Assembly (NCBI GenBank): GCA_037143495.1
Contig: JBAWYO010000001.1
Location: 1-40,052, forward strand
Reading direction: 5' to 3'
DNA from: Candidatus Omnitrophota bacterium
GTDB taxonomy: Bacteria > Omnitrophota > Gorgyraeia > JABMQH01
Length of the DNA stretch: 40,052 bases
This document shows, one piece after another, positions 33,452 to 40,052 of the stretch (positions are counted from its first letter, which is position 1; every line of letters starts with the position of its first letter). A program made the position numbers and the translations under genes. Under the pieces are notes generated by a model. The model searched no databases. It was given only the letters and a program-made list of their open reading frames with translations, and was not told the DNA's origin.

Positions 33452-35184
33452 CCATTGCTTCGTTCGCTCAGAAGTACACGCTCGACATAGCTTCGCGGCA
33501 GGAACGGGAGACGATTTATGCGTTGCGCCATCAGATCTACTCCGAAGAGCTGGGGCAGCATCAACCAAACGATGCCCGACGGCTTTCCGATAATCTCGAT
33601 GAGAACAATATTTACATCGTCGCCAGGGACGGCGAGACGATAGCCGGGTTTGTCAGCATCACGCCGCCCTGCGCGGGACGGTATTCTATCGATAAATACT
33701 TTGAGCGGGATACGATGCCGTTCGAATTTGACCGCGGGCTCTGCGAGGTGCGCCTGCTGTCAGTCGTTGGAGAACACCGTAGCGGGCCGCTCGCGATGGT
33801 TCTCATGTACGCGACATTTCGCTGGGCCCAGGAGCATGGAGGGACGCGGATCGTCGCCATAGGTCGCCGCGAGATCTTGGAGCTTTATCGTAAGGCGGGG
33901 CTGCAATCCCTGGGAAGACAGGTGCGATCGGGGGCGGTTACCTATGAATTGCTCAGCGAGACGATCGTGCGCCTGAGCAGAACGATCGGGGCGTACCGCA
34001 GGGAGCTGGATAGGATCAGGAGGCGTATCGATTGGCGGCTGCCGTTCGGGTTCGAAGAACGGCAGGCATGTTTTCACGGCGGCGCTTTTTTTGAAGCGGT
34101 CGGCGAGGAGTTTGACGATCTGGACCGGCACCACACGATCATAAATGCCGATGTATTGGATGCCTGGTATCCTCCCGCCCCGCGGGTTATGGAAGAATTG
34201 CAGAAGCACCTGCCATGGCTTATCCGTACCTCGCCGCCGACCGGCTGCGCCGGCATGGCCACCGCGATAGCGCGTAAACGCGCTGTCGATGCGCGCAGTA
34301 TCCTGCCCGGCGCCGGCTCATCGGACCTGATCTTCCTGGCGCTCAGGGAGTTGCTGACCGGCGACTCGAAGGTTCTGATCCTGGACCCGACCTATGGGGA
34401 GTATCCGTATATACTTGAACAGGTCATCGGCTGTCAGGTGGAGCGATTCCGCTTGCGCCGGGAGGATGGATACGCGATCGATAGCAGACGTCTCAAGGAA
34501 ACGGTTGAGAAGACGCGTTATGATATGGTGATCCTGATCAACCCCAATAGCCCGACAGGGCGGTTCGTTTCGCGCGATGAGCTTGCGAAGCTGGTCACCA
34601 CGCTCTCAAAAAAGACTCTCCTTTGGATCGACGAGACCTATATCGAATACGTGGGAGCGGAGCACTCCCTGGAGAGGGTTGCCGCCGCAAGCTCCACTAT
34701 CATCGTCTGTAAATCAATGTCAAAAGTGTACGCGCTGAGCGGACTGCGGTCAGCGTATCTCTGCGCGCATCCGCAGCTGATCAAGGCCTTGCGGAAGATA
34801 TCTCCTCCGTGGGCCGTGAGCCTGCCCGCGCAGGTAGCCGCGGTCGCGGCGCTGGAGGAGGAAGCATACTATAAAGCGCGTTACGAGGAGACCCATATTC
34901 TACGGGATGAGCTGGGCCGGCAGCTGAGAGAGAGGTTTTCATTCGATGGGATACCGGGAACCGCCAATTTCCTGCTCTTTCATCTGCCGGAAATCGGGCC
35001 GAGCGCAGCGCGAATTGTTGATGCATGCAAGAAAAAAAGACTCTATCTTCGCGACGCCGGCACGATGGGGACCGCTATGGGAAGCCATGCCCTGCGGATA
35101 GCGGTCAAAGACAGGGAAACGAATATAAAAATGATTAAAATTCTCGGGGAAGTATTGGCGGATCTGCCGGTGTGTTGTGGGTAG
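33448..35184 (+). CDS. fusion: GNAT-type N-acyltransferase (N-acyl amino acid / autoinducer-synthase-like) + class I/II PLP-dependent aminotransferase (HisC/CobD-like)
   Basis: N-terminal: IYALRHQIYSEELGQ, IVARDGETIAGFVSITP, EVRLLSV..HR, ELYRKAGL. C-terminal: NPNSPTG, WIDETY, SMSKVYALSGLR (PLP Lys). ATGA overlap with marR. Confidence 0.75.
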   Translation: MTIASFAQKYTLDIASRQERETIYALRHQIYSEELGQHQPNDARRLSDNLDENNIYIVARDGETIAGFVSITPPCAGRYSIDKYFERDTMPFEFDRGLCEVRLLSVVGEHRSGPLAMVLMYATFRWAQEHGGTRIVAIGRREILELYRKAGLQSLGRQVRSGAVTYELLSETIVRLSRTIGAYRRELDRIRRRIDWRLPFGFEERQACFHGGAFFEAVGEEFDDLDRHHTIINADVLDAWYPPAPRVMEELQKHLPWLIRTSPPTGCAGMATAIARKRAVDARSILPGAGSSDLIFLALRELLTGDSKVLILDPTYGEYPYILEQVIGCQVERFRLRREDGYAIDSRRLKETVEKTRYDMVILINPNSPTGRFVSRDELAKLVTTLSKKTLLWIDETYIEYVGAEHSLERVAAASSTIIVCKSMSKVYALSGLRSAYLCAHPQLIKALRKISPPWAVSLPAQVAAVAALEEEAYYKARYEETHILRDELGRQLRERFSFDGIPGTANFLLFHLPEIGPSAARIVDACKKKRLYLRDAGTMGTAMGSHALRIAVKDRETNIKMIKILGEVLADLPVCCG

Positions 35185-35279
35185 CAGGGTAGTTGTCGTT
35201 AAAGAGCGCTGCCACAAAGGGAATGTTGATTGTATTCTGAGCGGAGTTCGTCAAGAGGTTGCCGCCGTGGGAGTATAGC

Positions 35280-36212
35280 ATGATGAAGCGATGTGTGCTA
35301 ACTCCGGCGTTGTGTATTTTTTTGTGGCAGGCGGTCATACCGGCTACGGCAGGTGATTTTAACGCATTGCGCCCCCTGGCGACCGGTGAAAAAGAGGGCG
35401 CGTCAGCGGCGGCATCGGTTGATGAGATGCGCGCGCTTGCCACGGCAGCGGTAACGATCAACGCCGTGATCGATTTTATTGAAGGATCACCTCACTGGTC
35501 GGTCTCATCGATGGGTACGCGATACTTTCACGATTTTCAAGCGCGCAACAAAGCCCTCGACGAGTGTTATCAGCGGGGCATCGCCACGGAAGGCGCGTAT
35601 ATGGAGTTCTACCGATATCTCGCGATCTTGTCGAGGTCGATACGCGTGACGTATGGATTAATCGACCGGTATAGTGGAGCTTTGCGCGAAATAGAGGGAT
35701 CCAACGCAAAGGTCCGGGTCAAGATCGCCGGATATCAACGGTGGTCGAAGAGTGGCGCGTTCGATGTAGGGGAGGCTCGCATGATCATCGCGAATTCGGC
35801 GAAATATTTTGAAGAGCGCGCCTATGCCTTCCAAATCCTTTTTGATGATGCCGTCGAGCAGTTGGCGTGGCTTGAGGACGCGGAAGTTTTGTCGGCCAGG
35901 GTTCGCGCGCATCGCAGGGTATTGGCGACCCTCTCAACTGAGGTTGGCGATTTGCGCGAGGGGATCCCCAGCGCGGTCGGATTTTGCCAACGGCTGGAGC
36001 ATATTAAGAGAGCTCAGGACGACCTTAAGAGATCATGCGACGATGCGTTCTCATTCGTTGCGCAGAGCATCTTTGCGGCTATCGCCGATAATTGTCGAAG
36101 GGTCAGGGATTTCGCTATGGTGCTCGCGGGGCAATCGTTGGTGTATCGGGCAGACCCGGGCACGATACCCGCTATCGGCGCGGGAAGCTGGTTTGTGGAA
36201 GCGCAGGTGTGA
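35280..36212 (+). CDS. hypothetical exported protein (LRPLA-TGEKEG motif)
   Basis: ATG at 35280 (GGGAG RBS). Signal-like MMKRCVLTPALCIFLWQAVIPATA. LRPLA at nt 35367-35381. Helical protein with no family recognised. Confidence 0.6.
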   Translation: MMKRCVLTPALCIFLWQAVIPATAGDFNALRPLATGEKEGASAAASVDEMRALATAAVTINAVIDFIEGSPHWSVSSMGTRYFHDFQARNKALDECYQRGIATEGAYMEFYRYLAILSRSIRVTYGLIDRYSGALREIEGSNAKVRVKIAGYQRWSKSGAFDVGEARMIIANSAKYFEERAYAFQILFDDAVEQLAWLEDAEVLSARVRAHRRVLATLSTEVGDLREGIPSAVGFCQRLEHIKRAQDDLKRSCDDAFSFVAQSIFAAIADNCRRVRDFAMVLAGQSLVYRADPGTIPAIGAGSWFVEAQV

Positions 36213-36230
36213 GTATTGTGCCGTAAAGTA

Positions 36231-36323
36231 AATACCTCTTTTTTCTGGAAACGAAGAGAGAGGTATTTTTATGAAGCATTGCGCGCGGAAGTACTGGACA
36301 ACCTGATCAAATTGAGTTACCTT
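36231..36323 (+). repeat. hairpin + promoter-like box module of repeat family 1
   Basis: AATACCTCTTTTTTC..GAAGAGAGAGGTATT + TTTTATG, then GGAAGTACTGGACAA with TGGACA 36295-36300, N17, TACCTT 36318-36323. Confidence 0.75.
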
Positions 36324-36375
36324 TAAATATATAGAGATGCGGGTTCCCTGGGTACTTATCAATAAGGAGAACGAA

Positions 36376-37242
36376 ATGAAAAAAACGGCGAAGGTGCTGA
36401 TTTCTCTTGAAGTTGCGATTTTTCTTCTGGCGGGGGCGGTAACAGGATACGCGACTTCCGTCGGTAATACCGGCGACGTTACGGCGATGAGGGGCCCCGG
36501 GGTTTTTTCTCTTAAAAATACGCGGAATATTTCCATTGAAGCGAATATTGAGGGCGATGTGGTGATCAACAGAAGCCTGAGCGCCACGGACGCGAGTAAA
36601 GTCGCGATCGAAAGATCGCAGTGGTATATGTTCAAGCTCGGCTACCGGTTTCTTGACCGCATCGAGCCGTATGTGAAGTTAGGCGCGGCGCATTTAAAAG
36701 CGAGATGGACCGATAACCTCAGTGGTACCAAGGTAGAGATGGATACCAGCTCAGGTTTCGCCTGGGGGGTCGGCCTTAAAGCGCTTATCTGCGATGTGCA
36801 ATTCCCCAAGATAAAAGTGACGGCCGATGGTTCTTACCGGACGGCGGATCTGGATCCTTACCAAGGATATTTCGACAACACCAAGACCGCGATCGATAAA
36901 CGCAGTTCTTCGTTTGTCATCCGGGAGTGGCAGGCCGCGCTTTTGGCCTCTACCGAAATAGATGTAGGCGCCTTGTTGAGCCGATCGGACGCGCTGAGAT
37001 CCTTACGGGGGTACAAGCTCTCCCCGTATGGCGGCGTGAAGTACTCCGAGATCAGCGGCAGGCTCAGGATGGTGACGGCGGGCTCCGGCAGCGTCTATCA
37101 TCCCTCCAATATCCAAGCGGCTAAAAATTTCGGACTCGTTGCCGGCTGCGATCTGGTCGGGGATGATGTTGTCGCGGTCAATGTTGAAGGAAGATTTATC
37201 GACGAGACCGCGGTATCAGCCGGGTTGTCGATGTTATTTTAG
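36376..37242 (+). CDS. putative outer-membrane beta-barrel protein
   Basis: AAGGAGA RBS, signal peptide [26 protein letters not shown], alternating beta pattern and C-terminal ...GLSMLF (terminal Phe). Confidence 0.6.
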   Translation: MKKTAKVLISLEVAIFLLAGAVTGYATSVGNTGDVTAMRGPGVFSLKNTRNISIEANIEGDVVINRSLSATDASKVAIERSQWYMFKLGYRFLDRIEPYVKLGAAHLKARWTDNLSGTKVEMDTSSGFAWGVGLKALICDVQFPKIKVTADGSYRTADLDPYQGYFDNTKTAIDKRSSSFVIREWQAALLASTEIDVGALLSRSDALRSLRGYKLSPYGGVKYSEISGRLRMVTAGSGSVYHPSNIQAAKNFGLVAGCDLVGDDVVAVNVEGRFIDETAVSAGLSMLF

Positions 37243-37259
37243 CGGAACGAAGGTATTTG

Positions 37260-37472
37260 ATGCCCGACCGTAAACATAAAGACCCCCTTCACGGTATTAC
37301 CCTCGAGATGATCCTTACGCAGCTCGTTGAAAAATACGGGTGGGAGGAGATGTCGCGGAAGATCAGGCTCAATTGTTTCGCAAAAGACCCCAGCATTAAA
37401 TCCAGCCTGAAATTCCTTAGAAGAACTCCGTGGGCACGGAAAAAAGTTGAATGCCTGTATTTGGGAAAGTAA
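37260..37472 (+). CDS. VF530/DUF2132 family small DNA-binding protein
   Basis: [24 protein letters not shown]...[25 protein letters not shown] matches the family's conserved core as I recall it. Confidence 0.7.
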   Translation: MPDRKHKDPLHGITLEMILTQLVEKYGWEEMSRKIRLNCFAKDPSIKSSLKFLRRTPWARKKVECLYLGK

Positions 37473-37517
37473 ATATCGGCCGACGCTTCGGGCACGGGGA
37501 AGGGAGTTCTGACTGAG

Positions 37518-38387
37518 ATGCCGATCATCGAGCCCGCGATACGGCCGCCGGCGGAAGCCGATAGTTTTCTCCTGCAGGTAACGCTGGGGTGCTCGGCGGA
37601 TAGCTGCACGTTTTGCGGCGCTTATAAAAACAAGCCTTTCCGTGTGAAAGATCCGCAGGAGGTCGCGGCGGACATCCGTTCGTACGCCCGTCGATATCCG
37701 GATACGCGGCGGGTCTTTTTGATGGATGGCGATGCTCTTTCCCTGAGCAATGATAAGATCCTCCCGGTCTTAAAAAATCTTGAGCACTCCTTTCCGCGAA
37801 TCTCCCGCATTTCAAGCTACGCGAACGGGAAGAATATCACCCGCCGAAGCCCCGATGAGCTAACTGAGCTGTATCAGCATAAACTCAGCCTGATCTATAT
37901 GGGCCTCGAGAGCGGCAGCCAGCTGGTCCTGGACCGGTGTAAAAAATCATCGAGTGTCGAAGAGATGGTCGAGGCGGTTACGAAGGCATCGTGCGCGGGG
38001 ATCAAGTCCTCTATTATCGTCCTGCTGGGGTTAGGGGGCACCAAAAATTCCCGGGAACATGTCGCGGGCACGGTCGCGGCCTTGAACAGGATGCAGCCGC
38101 GTTACCTTTCATTCCTCTCTCTTATGGTTATCCCCGGGACGCCGCTGGCTCATGAAGTCGGGCGGGGCGATTTTGAGGAATTGAATTCCGCTCAACTGCT
38201 GCAGGAGGCTTACGCGATCATCAGCGGGTTAACGCTCACCCGGACTATTTTCCGGTCGGATCACGCGTCCAATTATCTCGCGCTGGCAGGTTCGTTCCCC
38301 AAGGATAAAGAAGCGCTCATGCGGGCCCTGGGAGCTGCTTTGAACGGGGAGGTCGGACTGCGGCCGGAGATCGCCCGAGGCCTGTAG
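37518..38387 (+). CDS. radical SAM domain protein (cluster motif spaced CX4CX2C)
   Basis: LQVTLGCSADSCTFCGAY, then GLESGS and a TIM-barrel-like layout. Confidence 0.7.
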   Translation: MPIIEPAIRPPAEADSFLLQVTLGCSADSCTFCGAYKNKPFRVKDPQEVAADIRSYARRYPDTRRVFLMDGDALSLSNDKILPVLKNLEHSFPRISRISSYANGKNITRRSPDELTELYQHKLSLIYMGLESGSQLVLDRCKKSSSVEEMVEAVTKASCAGIKSSIIVLLGLGGTKNSREHVAGTVAALNRMQPRYLSFLSLMVIPGTPLAHEVGRGDFEELNSAQLLQEAYAIISGLTLTRTIFRSDHASNYLALAGSFPKDKEALMRALGAALNGEVGLRPEIARGL

Positions 38388-38406
38388 GATCCCGCCACAA
38401 TTATTC

Positions 38407-38435
38407 TTGATATCGGATGGCACCTCGTCTATAAT
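38407..38435 (+). promoter_or_regulatory. near-consensus sigma70-type promoter TTGATA-N17-TATAAT
   Basis: Read directly. The -10 element ends 16 nt before the ATG at 38452, upstream of glnS. Confidence 0.55.
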
Positions 38436-38451
38436 AGCCCCCAAGAATACT

Positions 38452-38718
38452 ATGAAACTTACGCTCTCAAAAAACTTCAAAAAGACGGTATCGAACGCGG
38501 CGCTTCTCACCGCGATCATTGTCGGTATCATCGGTATCACGGTCATGGTGCTCGCCCTGCTGGGCAAATTTCCCTACAGCACCAGGCGCGTCGTTGCCCC
38601 CTTCTGTTTTCTGATGTCGATCCTGCTGAGCGTATTCCAGGCGGCAAAAGAAAAGATCCCGCAGGAAACAATGCTGCCTGGCTGCCAAAAAAAGGATACT
38701 GAGCGCCATGAAGCCTAA
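38452..38718 (+). CDS. small hypothetical membrane protein
   Basis: 88 aa with two hydrophobic segments. Overlaps the glnS start by 11 nt. No clear RBS. Confidence 0.4.
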   Translation: MKLTLSKNFKKTVSNAALLTAIIVGIIGITVMVLALLGKFPYSTRRVVAPFCFLMSILLSVFQAAKEKIPQETMLPGCQKKDTERHEA

Positions 38719-40052
38719 CTTTATCACTGAACGTGTCGACCAGGACCTCGCGAGCGGTAAATATGAGGGGAGGGTCCATACCCGTTTTCCGCCGGAACCC
38801 AATGGTTATCTCCATATCGGCCACGCGAAATCGATCTGCTTGAACTTCGGCATCGCGGCCCAGTACCAGGGGCTCTGCAACCTGCGCTTCGATGATACCA
38901 ATCCGACGAAGGAAGAGGTTGAGTATGTCGACTCGATCCAGGAAGATGTGCGCTGGCTCGGCTTCAGCTGGGGTGACCGCCGTTATTACGCCTCCGATTA
39001 TTTCCCGCAGCTCTACGATTACGCGGTTGACCTGATCAAAAAAGGCAAGGCCTATGTCTGTGACCTGAACGCCGACCAGATCCGCGAATACCGGGGCACG
39101 CTGACCGCGCCCGGCAAAGAGAGCCCGTACCGCGGCCGCAGCGTTGACGAGAACCTCGATCTTTTTGCCCGGATGAAGAACGGCGAATTTCCCGACGGTT
39201 CGCGCGTGCTCCGCGCGAAGATCGACATGGCTTCGCCGAATATCACGATGCGCGATCCCGTGCTCTACCGTATCCTGCGCAGCGCCGAGCATCATCGTAC
39301 CGGCAGCGCCTGGCGCATCTATCCGATGTATGATTTTACCCATTGCATCAGCGATTCGATCGAGCGCATCACCCACTCGATCTGTACGCTCGAGTTCGAA
39401 AATAACCGGCCGCTCTACGACTGGGTACTCGAAGCTCTCGGGGTGTATCGCCCCCAGCAGATAGAATTCGCCCGGCTCAATATCAATTATACGGTCTTAA
39501 GCAAACGAAAACTCCTTGAACTCGTCGAAAAGAAACTCGTTGACGGCTGGGACGACCCGCGGATGCCGACGATCGCGGGAATACGCAGGCGCGGGTATCC
39601 GCCCGAAGCGGTCCGCGCGTTCTGCGAGGAGATCGGCGTCGCGAAATTCAACAGCACCGTCGATATCGGGGTGCTCGAGAATGCCGTGCGCGAACAGCTT
39701 AACAGAACCGCCCCGCGCGTGATGGCGGTCTTAAAACCGCTCAAGGTCGTGATCACCAACTATCCGGCCGATGCCGCGGAAGAGATGGACGCGGTCAATA
39801 ACCCTGAGGATCCCGCGATGGGGACACGTAAGGTGCCCTTCTGCCGGGAGCTTTATATTGAACGCGATGATTTCCGCCAGGACCCGCCGAAAGAATTTTT
39901 CCGGCTGAGCCCCGGACGTGAGGTTCGCCTGCGGTACGCCTATTTTATCACCTGCACCGAGGTCGTGAAAGATGATGCCGGGGAAGTTATTGAATTGCGC
40001 TGCACCTATGATCCCGCGACGCGCGGGGGAGACGCGCCGGATGGGCGAAAGG
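38708..40052 (+). CDS. glnS: glutamine--tRNA ligase (3'-truncated by window end)
   Basis: My own translation: [14 protein letters not shown]...[24 protein letters not shown] (HIGH), ...YTVLSKRKL (KMSKS-type), [14 protein letters not shown]. Absent from the ORF track because no stop lies in the window. The antisense ORF 38543..39376 is spurious. Confidence 0.95.
   Translation, partial: MKPNFITERVDQDLASGKYEGRVHTRFPPEPNGYLHIGHAKSICLNFGIAAQYQGLCNLRFDDTNPTKEEVEYVDSIQEDVRWLGFSWGDRRYYASDYFPQLYDYAVDLIKKGKAYVCDLNADQIREYRGTLTAPGKESPYRGRSVDENLDLFARMKNGEFPDGSRVLRAKIDMASPNITMRDPVLYRILRSAEHHRTGSAWRIYPMYDFTHCISDSIERITHSICTLEFENNRPLYDWVLEALGVYRPQQIEFARLNINYTVLSKRKLLELVEKKLVDGWDDPRMPTIAGIRRRGYPPEAVRAFCEEIGVAKFNSTVDIGVLENAVREQLNRTAPRVMAVLKPLKVVITNYPADAAEEMDAVNNPEDPAMGTRKVPFCRELYIERDDFRQDPPKEFFRLSPGREVRLRYAYFITCTEVVKDDAGEVIELRCTYDPATRGGDAPDGRK

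Noticed and set aside
2784-36323. Could the recurring intergenic repeats be a CRISPR array or an integron attC (CALIN) array?
   Set aside because: Copies are kilobases apart with whole genes between them and are not regularly spaced short repeat-spacer units, and no cas genes are present. For attC, the arm ends (GTTGTAG... / ...CTACAT) do not fit the R'' RYYYAAC / R' GTTRRRY cores in either orientation, and no intI-like integrase is present.
1-40052. tRNA, rRNA, tmRNA, RNase P or other classic RNA genes, and integrase, transposase or phage structural genes
   Set aside because: I found no T-loop/acceptor-type patterns or rRNA-like stretches in the intergenic regions, which are short and largely occupied by the two repeat families. 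No translated ORF shows recombinase, transposase or phage hallmarks. This was a visual scan only and should be confirmed with tRNAscan-SE/Infernal.

Overview
Bacterial chromosomal window with about 37 protein-coding genes, mostly on the + strand, ending in a glnS that runs off the 3' edge. I saw no rRNA, tRNA, CRISPR array, integrase, transposase or reverse transcriptase. Recognisable products: ORF6N DNA-binding protein, PNPOx-family protein, GH5 glycosidase, SRPBCC protein, a GspG-like pseudopilin-domain protein, a PD-(D/E)xK nuclease-like protein, and a translationally coupled envelope-glycan operon (2 class I methyltransferases, HpcH/HpaI-like, NAD-epimerase, GT2, polytopic GT-C-like). Also present: DUF2007-like, flavodoxin-like, MarR plus a GNAT/PLP-aminotransferase fusion, two candidate outer-membrane beta-barrels, VF530/DUF2132, two radical-SAM proteins and GlnRS. 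About half the genes are hypothetical. Three things stand out. (1) Seven otherwise unrelated, mostly large hypothetical proteins share a signal-peptide-like N-terminus followed by an LRP[LVI][APS] motif and acidic residues. Two of them carry cofactor-dependent cytoplasmic-type enzyme domains (a SAM methyltransferase, and a radical SAM fused to a UroD-like domain). This may be a novel export, processing or host-targeting signal marking an effector-like repertoire. (2) A modular intergenic repeat family has complementary arms built around GTAGACGTCCT / AGGACGTCTAC. It occurs as compact ~68-nt hairpins, as ~230-nt composites carrying an SD/anti-SD hairpin plus a conserved promoter-like box, and once with the arms about 900 nt apart enclosing the ORF6N gene. 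(3) A second, unrelated ~55-87-nt hairpin repeat occurs four times in one orientation, and two copies bracket the GspG-like gene. By eye, several genes (4303-7809, 3066-3599, 23589-24548) are more AT-rich than their GC-rich neighbours, suggesting a mosaic origin. All functional calls rest on motif recognition by eye, since no searches could be run.
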